This document shows, one piece after another, positions 1 to 11,655 of a DNA stretch of 64,000 bases. The notes below the pieces were generated by a model. It saw nothing but the letters and a program-made list of their open reading frames with translations, was not told the DNA's origin and did not search any database. Position numbers and translations under genes: made by a program. The stretch comes from Ruditapes philippinarum (taxonomy: Eukaryota): contig NW_026860085.1 of the NCBI RefSeq assembly GCF_026571515.1, positions 1 to 64,000 of the forward strand, written 5' to 3'. Numbering within the stretch: position 1 is the stretch's first letter; every line of letters begins with the position of its first letter.

Positions 1-293
1 ATGTCTGTTGATATGGTGATCGCGATAAACATTCAGACATGGAGCCCTCCGCCTCTCATTTTTCTTAAATTTTAATAAATCAGGTCACATGTAAGAAGTG
101 TTCATAAACCTTAAATGTTCAAGAATAGTATGCTAATTCCATTTACTTGTAACTGATTAGTCCTCAAATGTACCTCACTTGTGATAACAAATAAGATGTT
201 TTTATGTAACGTTACCATTTATATATTAAAAGAATATTAATGTTTATTGTGTAAGAAAATAATATAACACAAATATAAATATAATATATAACA

Positions 294-3200
294 ATGGATA
301 AAAATCACCATCCGGAAGAAATTCTGGAGAGAATAGGTGGATGTGGAAGATTCCAAGTGTTTCTTTCAGTGATGTCTCATTTGATGAAATTGCCAACTGT
401 GTTAACAATGTACCTAATGGTGATCTCTATAGCAACGCCCGAATGGCGATGTATGGATGACAACGGACCTAGTCACGTGACTGCAGCTTTTAATACAACT
501 TTTCTACATGTTAATTCAACTTACGCAAATTCTTCTGATATAGACTATTTTGGTACAGCAAATCACTCAAAACCGTACAACAATATAAAAGCATGTGAAA
601 ACAGAAATGGTACCCGGTGTAACAATATAGTTTACAGTGATGAAATGAAAACGATAGTGTCTGAGGTAGGTGGTCCACGACAATGAAAGAGAGCTTGTAT
701 TCTATGTGTTTATGTCAAGGTTTAGTTTAACATGTTGTATGATATATATTGTATGTTTTTTAAAAGGTAAAGCTGCTTGTTTCAAACGGAAAGAAAGCAA
801 AGGATAGTTGCGTATAGACTAAAGCAACCTTAACTACAGTGACTATAGCAGAGTTATTAAGTGAGCAAACTCTATAATGTTATCAGTTAAATACTTTAAT
901 ACAATTTGTAAATGTGTGCAGTCGAATTGTATTATATTCTTTATACAGTGAGTCACTATAAAAAAAAACATAATCTCCTTAATTCACAGGACTTGAACAA
1001 ATCCAAATATATAGCAGGGCTATACAACTAAATACTTCATAGAGTATCATAGGTTAATAGAAAAAATACAATGACAGATACAATGTCATGTTGATGAAAC
1101 TTTCCTTGTCTAAATACAAAACTACCGATAAACATAAACTTGGTTGCTTCAATATTTTCAACAACAAAAATGTAGGTTTGTATCAAATACTGCAAACATA
1201 TTTTGTATTATCTGGTGTCGTTTTTTCTATTATAACCATAACTCAGTGTATTCCAACCTTTATCGCTATTGGTTCGAATCTTTCATGTAAGAAAATTGTA
1301 AAATTTGCTGGTCTTTGTTGTTGGATTGTGGGGGTTGCGTTCATTGAACGCCGCCTTTCCTTGTTGATCTTGTTAATCATATTTTTTGCCTGCAGAAGGT
1401 AGGTGTTTTTACCCGGATGCCTACTAATGCCTGATAAAAATGCCCGGGTGTGGTACCTTGGGTGCTTATCTACCACAGCAGGAACGACATACAGCCTTTA
1501 AAGTTCCAATGTGATTTTACACCTAACAGAATGATATTGCTAATTCTATATGTCCTAAACTATTTCTTCTCTTGTTTTTCTCCAGTGGTCAATGTCATGT
1601 ACCTTACCGTGGGTTCCTTCAACAATTGCCTCAATTCAAATGCTTGCAATATTATTTGGAAACCTGGCTTGCGGCCAAATAGCGGATAGCTTTGGTCGAA
1701 AGATGCCTTTATTTTCATCACAGCTGTTACTTATTGCTGCTAACTTAATTGGGTATTTTTCTACATCTTGGCTGATGTTTGGTGTTGCACGAGCAATATG
1801 TGGTATGTTCGTCCTGCATTTCTAATTGATATTTTTAGTCATTATTGTCATCGTATATCTATTCATTTACATTTAAATTTCCAAGTTTGAAATAATCATT
1901 GATAATACAAAAAGGTTATTATTTATTAATGCATACGAATAGAAATAAAACTGTAAAACTTACCATTTAAATACAGTTAAAACATAAAGTCGCATACTTT
2001 ATTTTTGACGGTTTACTCAAGGTTTATTTATTTAATTTAGTTACAGTTAAGTAACAGTATAGTAACATTTAAGTTACAGGTCGGTTATAGTTACATTACA
2101 GTTATGGTAAAGGGAGAATTAAGTTAAGTTGTTTATCTTTAAGTCTTTTAAAGGTACAGTTAAGTTATAGTTAAATTACAGTTAGATTACAATTAAGTTA
2201 TATAAATAGATCAGTATGTAGATCAACCAGTCACTTATATTTTTATAATCAGGTATCGGAATGGGAATGTTTTTGACCGTTCAGTACAGTCTGTCCACTG
2301 AGGTCAGTGTATCCAGTTGGAGACCATGGATCGTGGCATTTCCAACATGGGCATTAATGGCGTGTGGACTAGCATTAGTGAGCTATCTGATGCCAGACTG
2401 GAGAAAACTTCATCTGCTCACAACTATAGTAACAATTCCATATCTTCTCCTGTGGTGGTAAGAAAAAGAACAATGTGTATAAATAATTTCATGTTTTGAT
2501 GACCAAAGGTTAATTATAATGAGAGATAAGGCACAGGAAACAAGATTTGTTATTGAAGCTTGATTAAGTATAGGTTAGTGTTCGAGAACGTATTTAATGG
2601 AATTAACTTAGTCGTTGACAATAAGATATAGAGGATATTTGTTTGTTTGTGTGTAAGATGAAATTTTATTTCATCGAGTGGGCTTTAAAAACAGTATTCT
2701 CACGAGTGGCGTAGCCACGAGTGAGAATACTGTTTTTAAAGTTCACGAGATGAAATAAAATTACATCTTACACAACAAACAGACAAATTTTCTTTTTATT
2801 TTATGCTTTAAAACAAGTTAAAACGAAATTTCCATAATTTTAACGTTGATATTAAAATCTGTTTCCCCCGTTGAGAGCCCCATTTAGAGGGAATTTCTCA
2901 TTAAAAACAAGAAGTCTTGAGCTGAAAAATAAGTCCGCCAATGAAAGTTAAATGAATGTGATATTTATTCATCTTATTAAAAAAATATGAATGATCGCTT
3001 GTTTTAATAATAAAAACAAACAATTCTTGTAGGAGAAATCATCCAACCATCCATCCATATTTCTGTTACTTACTGCGAATTTATATTAGACCTGGCTTTG
3101 TAAAATGTAAACGGCAGCCATTTTTTAAAGTCGTGTATTTCATGGGAGGAAAATAATTGTGTAAGATACAGAAGGATATAATTTGGATTTGTTAGTCATA

Positions 3201-6200
3201 CACCTTTTTAAAAGAAAGAAAACTTATTTGAGGATTGTAACAGACAAAAAATAAGTGTTGACAGAAGTGAAAACATTCAGAAAAGGAGCTAGGAAAATGG
3301 AAAACTTGGAAGCTTGCTAAGGCATTGTAAGGAACGCTGGGTTGATTTACTTATTTTACGAGTGATAGCTGTCAATGCTTTTCAATTTTTCATAAAGCAT
3401 ACGGCAGTTATTGCTCGTAGGATACTTTAATATGCCCAAATGTCATCAAGAGCAGTTTTGCATGGGGAAGGAATGTATTTTTCAGACTGTAAAAACGAAA
3501 CAAAAAAAATTTAGAGACGAAATTTTGTGATTGGAATTTGAAGGAATAGAAGTAAGTTTTCTCTCTTTTAATTCTTTTGACATTTATGTTATTTATCTAT
3601 TTCAGCTTTGCTATTTTTTTAACAGCCTGATATTGTCAGAATTGTCAGTAAAAATAAAATTGAGGTACCACATGGGGAAAATCTTAAAAAAGTAGTTTCG
3701 TCATTGAAAAAAGTGAAATTATATTTTGATAATTTTCACTGTGAAATTATCAAATATAATTTTCACGGATAAATCAGTAATCCACTGAAAACTAAAATAA
3801 AACTGATAACAAAAGTTTAAACGGATTAAATTAGCTAAATTTAAAAACTTAAATAATGAACGATTGATTGGAAAAAATCACCCCGCCCATTTTTAATTGT
3901 TTTTCCCAATATTAAAATCTAAAAATAAACCGTTTTAATTTAATTTTGACCTTTTAAATAACTTTTCGATCCTTTTAACATTTTCCGAGACAGGAGTAAC
4001 TCTTTAAAAAATGAAAATCCAAAACCAGTCTTTTGAAAAAAAAATTTTGCGTTCGTTTCAAACAAGAGGAGATCTCATCAGATTAATCAAAGTTCCTTAC
4101 TATTTCCAGTTGTTTTAAATAATGCTCGCAGATCTGTCTTACCCGAAAGTCGCCTTATGACGTCATCAACAATGAAGAAAAATGACTTGTTTATAATCTG
4201 ACAATAGTTCTAAGAATGCTTATGTAGATTAATTGTATATAGTCATTGTGTCTGTGTTGCAGGTATTTTCCTGAGAGTTTCCGGTGGCACCTGTCACATG
4301 ACAGAACTCATGTAGCTAAAGATATCATACAACGTATAGCAAAGTTCAATAAAAAGTCAGTAAATGATGAAACAATTCTTGAACTTCTTAACACGACAGT
4401 GCTTGATGAAAAATCTGGGGACAGAAAGAAATATTCACTTTGGAATTTGTTCAATACCCGGAGATTAGCAAAGATAACGGTACTGTCGATGACTAACTGG
4501 TAAGATAAACATTCTATTGTACGTGTACAAGAATAACATGTTGGGAAACATTCTATTGTACGTGTACAAGTATAAAAAAAGTTCTAAAACATTGTATTGT
4601 ACGTGTACAAGTAACAAGAATAGAATAATAGAAAACATTATTATGCACATGCACAAGAATAAAAAAAAACGGGAAACATTTTATTTTACGTGTTCAAGAT
4701 TTTAAAGTTGGGAAATATTCTATTGTACGTGTACAATTGTTTAAAGTTGGGAAACATTCTACTTTAAGTGTACAAGTTTTAAAAGTTGGGAAACATTCTA
4801 CTTTACGTGTACAATTTTTTTAAGTTGGGAAGCATTCTATTGTACTTGTACAAGATGTTAAATAGTGTATACGCGGAGCATTTTTAAACGTTTAACATAT
4901 TTTTTACATTTTATCATTAACACGGAATGATTAACTAATTAAGTTTCATTCAAATCATTTAAATTTGTTGAATATTAAAATGCTTTTGCCAGAAATTCAT
5001 TTAAAATGTTTATATCTGTAAAGTACATATATATGTATATCCTACATGATTTTCTTTACAAAGTTGTATTATATAACAATCTGTTTATTCTTTAGCATAA
5101 TTAATGCTACTCAACGTAAAGCTCAATGTACATGTTTTTAGTAAGAATGAATTCCTCTTTTATTGTTTATAATGTTCTACAGTTCGTGTTGTCTTATAAA
5201 TAAAGTGATAACTATTTCTATATCAATGTTTACATTCTCCATACATGTAGGCTGGCTCTGGGACTATTATCATACGGAATTCAGTACGGGATAAAGGCTT
5301 TATCTGGCAACTTCTTTTTCAACTTGTTTTTATTTAATATCATTAGCGTTCCAACAACCTTTATAGCTATCATACTCAGTAATAAGTAAGTGTTTAAACA
5401 TTTTAAAATATTTATATATATACGAGGCCCTCGTACCAATTTGACAAATTTATTCATACAAAAATAGTTACTTTAGTGCTCAAAGTTGATGGGTCTACAA
5501 TGGGTACATTTTCATAAGTATTTCATAATAGAAATGTATCATATAAATATTCTTATAAAATGTTACTTAAAAATAGTTGATAAAGCTCTAAATAATTAAG
5601 TATGAACCTGTTAATATAGAAAAATGATTCCCTTTAAAAAATTTTTATTATTGCTTTTAAAATTTTTATTGGGTAGTACCACCCCTGCCAACATCATTTT
5701 AAAGGATTCCCCAAAAGGGCAAAAACAAAAACATAGATTTTTTTTTGCCATAAATCAGGGGGAATTTTCAAACGATAATTTTTTTACAGTTTTTGTATTT
5801 TTAACCATGATTATGTTATTTAAAGCATTTTTTTCAGAAAATTTCTTAAAAAATTTTGTTTTCGATTTTAAAAAACATTTTTTCAGAATTGAAAAGGGGA
5901 AAAAAAACAGCCGTTTTTACGTATTATGCAACTTTGAGTTTTTTCGTGGGAAAAGTACAATATAGGACTTATGCTCAATGTGTCATTGTTTAAGGGAAAC
6001 TTAACGTGCGGTTATAAAATTTTTTTTAAAGATTATAGGAAACAATGTTATTTAGCTATATAATATTCAACTAGTAATCAAAATAATCGATGTTTTTTTA
6101 TATTTCTAAAACTTAAGAATTTTTTAAGAGGTTTAACCCCACTCAAAGATAGCCATTACAATTTTAAAATAAAATTTATTGTACGTGTGATGTATACACT

Positions 6201-7965
6201 TAAAATTAAATGAGTTCTCATAACTATGGTGTGCGGTAGAGAAAAACAATTTTTAGATATTTTCATCACCAATTATTTATAAATGTTTATATATGGACAC
6301 AGTATATTAATATGAAACATTTCTGCACATTCACTCATGATCTGCTTAATATCCCAAATGAACTCATCAATACATGTTCATTATCAACTTAGGGGATATC
6401 AAGATGGAATTTAAAGGTTGAAGACTTGAAATGTTAGTAGTTTTACAAAGGAAATCAAGTAACTTTAAAACTATAGAAATTTTCTTGAACTTTGCATGAT
6501 TTAAGATAATCAACATTAAGTTGGGAAAGCCAACAGTATCAAACCTGGACGGTCTGTACATCGCCTGTCTCTATACTGGTGGCAAAGTCTGATATAACCA
6601 CATTCTATAACAGCAGGGTTATAAATAACACGTGACGTGACTTAAATATTTTAGAGACGGACATGAGGGATTCGTTGACAAATGGGTTTGCCTTGTTTGC
6701 TAATCTTGGAATAGGTGTAGCCTGGGGTCCTGTACAACTTATGTCTCTAGAATTATACCCCACTGTTGTCAGGTAATGTAAAACAACAAATGTTTAATTT
6801 AAATATTTCAAATGAATCTTTCAATAAAATACAGACCGAGATCATTATAGACACCAGACCGCTATTTTTAACTAGTTGTAATGAAATGTTTGCATTAATT
6901 AAATTACAATGTATTGCATTACTTGTGTCACAAATTTTTGTTTAAGAAAGTAAACATTTTCAGTTTCTCAGTTTCTTAGTGGCATTTTTAAAAAAAGTAT
7001 TTTTCCAATTTATTCCTATCAATTAACTAACAAAATGTATCTGTTGATTAGATTAGTGTTGTTGTATTTTAAATTATCTATTGTGATACAGTTATTATTA
7101 CAAATTCATTTATATAACTTTATGTATAAAAATAGTTATTCTATTGCTTGTTTTAACGTGAATAAAAACAATCATATCTATTTATAAATGAATACTGAAT
7201 ATTTAAAATTGATCATATTACAGAAGTATCGGTTATGGATTCCTGAACACCTTTGCAAGAATAGGAGCAGTAATCGGACCACAACTTGCCTATCTGGTAT
7301 TTATTTTCACCATATACATGTATAAAGGATACTGTTTGGCAATATGGCCGTGTATCAATATAATTTTCACCTGTGACTCTGGGCTATGTAAGATTGCGTC
7401 TATTTAAAACCTGTAAATATTTACAACTATAATAAACACCGTGACTGTAAGTGCTCTGCTATATGAGCTTTGTATTGCTTTGTTACCTTTTATAAGTGTA
7501 TACATGTACCTCATGCAAGCAACACCTATGGACTGCAATGGAAATGATGATGTACCCTTTTTGGGTTATCATTGCTGTTGGTGTGGTAATCACTGATTTT
7601 AGTGTTGTTATCACTGATGTTGGTGTTCTTATCACTGGTGTTGCTATGGTTATCACTGATGTTGCTATGGTTATCACTAGACAGCTGGTGTGGTTATCAC
7701 TGTTGCTTGTACGCATTTTTTGTATGGTCATTGAGCCAAAATCTTACCTTTTTTATTAGTCGCCGGTAGAAACCGACTTGATGTTTTAGTATCAAAACCT
7801 CTACTTATGTTATATATGTTATAATTTACGATTCAGGATACACGTATACCTGGAGTGATGTATTTCGTCTGCTGCGGTGTGTGTGTTTGTTGTATTATAG
7901 CATCTTTACTTCTGCCAGAATCACGAGGAGCAGATCTTGATGATAAAATTACACATAAAAAGTAA
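294..7965 (+). CDS. SLC22-family (organic cation/anion transporter-like) MFS transporter, 9 coding exons, exon 6 garbled
   Basis: Phase-compatible GT-AG exons: 294-665, 1586-1802, 2253-2457, 4263-4499, 5251-5385, [~5887-5966 corrupted], 6655-6772, 7224-7296, 7837-7965 (TAA). SLC22 hallmarks: 'ILERIGGCGRFQ' N-terminus, glycosylated Cys loop ending 'TIVSEWSMSC', 'ADSFGRK', 'FPESFRW', 'ELYPTVVR', 'ARIGAVIGPQ', 'LPESRG'. Confidence 0.93.
2030..2200. repeat. degenerate (AGTTA/CAGTT)n microsatellite in SLC22 intron 2
   Basis: Repeated agtta/ttaca/gttaa 5-mers. Confidence 0.5.
2626..3810. mobile_element. non-autonomous element starting with a ~150-bp foldback hairpin (possibly Crypton-type)
   Basis: Hairpin 2638-2787 with tip GTGGC-GTA-GCCAC. 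The same 5' start (atagaggatatt) and tip recur at 23828-24260. The 3' boundary is approximate and the class is inferred. Confidence 0.5.
4506..4855. repeat. ~41-bp minisatellite (TTGGGAAACATTCTATTGTACGTGTACAAG core), ~8 degenerate copies
   Basis: Core visible repeatedly just after the exon 4 donor. Confidence 0.8.
7565..7705. repeat. 21-bp tandem repeat (GTTATCACTGATGTTGCTATG-like)
   Basis: About 6 copies. They explain the spurious ORFs 7483-7731 and 7496-7759. Confidence 0.8.
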
Positions 7966-8304
7966 ATTAACTGTTTGGTTTTAAATATGCTGCTAGGAAG
8001 GACGTTTCACTATCAACGCCATGATCTGGATTTGCATTGATTACGTTACATTATATGAAATATTTTTGTGACAATGTTATTTAATAGAACAGAAATTTCA
8101 TTATATATACACTATAGAACTATAAAACTGCTTAAGATAAATTTTATTATTTCAAATTTAACAAAACAAAATAAAAGTCTGCGAGGCTATAGTTATATTC
8201 GTACTTGCTGTCGAATTGTACAAGCAACTATACGATTTCAGAATATTGTACATAATGCAAGATAAAATAAACATTAACCAGATATACATATATAGTTAAC
8301 TTAT

Positions 8305-9723
8305 TTGTATATGTCCAATAGATAAAAACGGGTCGTACTATGGGAACGTACCTTGCGTACAGGCGGTCGGCGTCCATTTTTCTTTGGAGCATGTCTTCTT
8401 CACCTTTGGAGGGATTTTAATGAAACTTCAAAGAAATGTCCACCATTATAAGAAGCCGTATCGCGCATAAAGAACAAGTCTCTAGGTCAAGGTCACTCTT
8501 AGAGGTCATCTAAAAATGCTTGTCCCGGGCAAAACTTCTACATGCTTAGAATGATGACTATTAACTTGGCACAAATGTTCACTATCGCGAGGCGGAGTGT
8601 CGCACGCTTATTTCAGGTCCTTTCGACCCAAGTCAAGGTCACACATAGAGTTCAAAATTCAGATACGCAATATGAAGATGTATATAGGGGCCATTTAGTT
8701 ATCATTTATTGATGGATTGTTACAAAAAATTATTATGACTGTTTCTGTGTCACATATCTAATTTAGGTCAATATATGCAAGGTCAAGGTCACTTAAGATG
8801 AAATATCCAGACCTTATCTCCAACGCCTATGGAGGGATTTTATTGAAACTTCAAGGCAATTTTCACCACTAACATAAGCCGTGTCACGCTTATGAACTTG
8901 ATTTTTTCTAAAGCATATCTCCAACATGCATGGAAGAATTTTTATAATAATTCATAGAATATTCACCATCATGAAAAGAATTGCTCCGTGCTTTAACTAG
9001 GTCTTTAAGTCAAAGGTCAAGGTCACACTTAGAGCTTATGAAAAAATGCTTGTCCTGAGTAAAACTTCTACATCCAGTAGGGGATTTTACACTTAGCACA
9101 AATGTTCACCATTATGAGGTGGGGTGTTTTACGCAACATATGGTATCTACAACTAAAGTCAAGGTCACACATAGAGTTCAAATTTAAGAGAAAAATGTGA
9201 AGATGTGTATAGGGACCATTTATTTATTATTAATTAATGGACTTTCATACAAATGATAACTATCATGACTATACATTTAGGTCTAACAAGTGTAATTTAG
9301 ATTAATAGTTGTAAAACCAAGGCCACAAGGGACGATTTAATATCCATAGAGTGTCCAGTGTGTATCTCCTACATGCATGGAGGAATTTTAATGTAACTTT
9401 TTATAGAATTGTTCACCACAATAGACGTAGTGTCCTGTGCATGAACCAGGTCTCTATGTGAAATTAGATCTCTTTGAAAAACGCATGTCTGGAGCAAAAC
9501 CTCTACACTCATTGGGGAATTTTAACATAACTTGATACAATTTTCATCATTGTGTCGTACATAAAATTCAGGTCCCTGCAACCAAGGTCAAGGTAACACA
9601 TAGAGGTACCATTTCAGACGAAAATATTAATAGGAACCAACTTGCCCGTCATACTTCTTATTGCCTACATATTAACCTAAAGTTTTTGTGACGGGTGTAT
9701 TTTGTGACAATGTCAGCCTTGTT
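8305..9723 (-). mobile_element. old HINE/pearl-like non-autonomous element with degenerate internal tandem repeats
   Basis: Recurrent GGTCAAGGTCAC and GGAGGGATTTT units. GGCGGTCGGCGTCC microsatellite-like block near 8362. Ends GACGGGTGTAT...CTTGTT, the reverse of the AACAAG start seen in other copies. Confidence 0.65.
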
Positions 9724-10034
9724 TCTATACGTTTTGTTCAACAAGGTTAAACAAGACTTTTTTCTTCTTTTGTCTCCAATATTATGAAGAAATAAAATCC
9801 CTGACGTCACAAAAGCAAACATCTTTTTCTTTTATGACCAGATGAATACGTACAATGCTGGTTTGAATTTAATTTATCATTGCCCTTTCTTAACCATACT
9901 CGTAGACTTCTATTTATAGACAATTTTAAGAGAAATTGATAACGAACATTGCAGACAATGATCAGACTGCACTGGCGAGATTTTTGTCACCAGCAGGATA
10001 AGTTTTTATCAAGTCGAGCTAACGCCTCAGTTAA

Positions 10035-10401
10035 CTATGGTGGCTGATTTGTGCCATTCGTGTTTTGCCCCGCGACCCCGCCAAGCGAAAAGTCGAAAAT
10101 TAACAAGTTAAAATGGCGGGGGCGCGGGGTGAAGTTTAAAAAATAAAACTTCGCCCCGCGGGGCCGCAGAGCGAGATTTAAGAAATAAAACGGCGGGGTC
10201 GCGGGACGAAAACGCGCTAATTAGAGGGGTCGCGGGGCGAAGTTTAATAAATAAAACTTTTATTTATTAAGTTTCGTCCGCGCACTCGCTAATTAGCGTG
10301 TTTTCGCTGTGCGTCCCGCCTTTTTAACTTGTTAATTTTCGACTTTTCGGTTGTCGGGGTCGCGGGGTGAAAACACGAATGGCACAAACCAGCCACCATA
10401 G
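10035..10401. mobile_element. GC-rich foldback MITE with long TIRs, flanked by TTAA
   Basis: CTATGGTGGCTG...CAGCCACCATAG termini. Arms are complementary over about 100 bp. TTAA at 10031-10034 and 10402-10405. Confidence 0.85.
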
Positions 10402-10840
10402 TTAACAGTATTTTCCTCGGGATGTACTGTTACCCACAAACCCATGTATTATTTATATAATGTATATCCGTATCAGTACCTGTAACTGATACAAATCATT
10501 CTGATTGGTGACTGTTTTCTTTTAAACATTTTGTGCATCAACAACCCTGGTTGTAAACTGTTCGCATGATATGCCTTTACTGTGGAAGAAGTAAACATTA
10601 TGAGGACTAATATCAATTTTAACTTTTTTTAAAAGTGATTTGCATTGTTCTTTTATATAAAAGCAACGTCATGACTATGATAATTAGGCATTGTGTATCT
10701 ATTAAGAAAAGGTCTATGCAATTGCATAAGACACTACGTTTCGTAAAATTGTCTGTTTATCTGTCCGGAGTAACACAGTTTTTTCACAACAATTTCTTTC
10801 TCACTATCAGTACTTCCCAGACATGTATATTTATACATAT

Positions 10841-11075
10841 GAGCCGTCTCATGACAAAACCAACATAGTGCGTTTGCGACCAGCATGGATCCAGACCAGC
10901 CTGCGCATCCGCGCAGTCTGATCAGGATCCATGCTGTCCGCTTACAAACCCTATCACAAGTAGAGAAACTGATAGCGAACAGCATGGATCCTGATCAGAC
11001 TGCGTGGATGCGCAGGCTGGTCTGGATCCATGCTGGTCGCAAAGCCATTATGTTGGTTTTGTCGTGACGCGGCTC
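10841..11075. mobile_element. 235-bp palindromic MITE (GAG...CTC, Sola-like), copy 1
   Basis: GAGCCG...CGGCTC termini, ~95-bp TIRs, 4-bp ATAT duplication. Six copies in the window. Confidence 0.9.
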
Positions 11076-11655
11076 ATATATATTCGTTTGCATGTGTTTT
11101 ACAATTATATTTTTCCGGGCTTGAATTTGGAGCCGGTATTGCAGTGACGGATACAGGAAAATAATACTAAAACGTTACAATGTTGCAAGTACATGTATCT
11201 GCGATCCCGGTGCCTGCAAGAGCTCGGAAAAATATACATTCAACAAATTTTATCGATTCTCTTTTTTATAAGCATGTTAGAATAGAACCAGTTATTACTT
11301 ATTTCGTGCGTGATGATGTTATAAAGAACGGTTTATCATTCAAATGTTTTTGTTATATCGACATTCGTGATTATATTCCTGTGCATTTGAACTGGAACCG
11401 TGAATTATTCTACAACAATACACTTAACAATTGATATTTATTATATTCAATAGGTTTCCAATATTGAATAGCACCGTCTGTTTAAAATTATATTGATCAC
11501 AAAAACTGAAGTATGTTGAAATCAGTTCAATCAGTATGTTTAAAATAAAACTTTAACGAATACTTCCTCCTTTGTCATTGAACCATTAAAGGAAAACTTT
11601 GATTTTGTCTACGATGTAAATGTTGGCTCTTTCAGTCGTTTAAAACCCGTCAGTT

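Noticed and set aside
1088-1689. ORFs 1088-1402, 1243-1476 and 1450-1689
   Set aside because: Intronic or out-of-frame overlaps of the SLC22 gene; 1385-1480 looks like a degenerate SINE core.
5624-5965. 113-aa F/K-rich ORF (likewise 62867-63169 and 63273-63485)
   Set aside because: The composition reflects homopolymer-rich low-quality sequence.
10734-11067. ORFs [19 protein letters not shown]... (also 28490-28711, 35311-35577)
   Set aside because: These are translations of the palindromic MITE.
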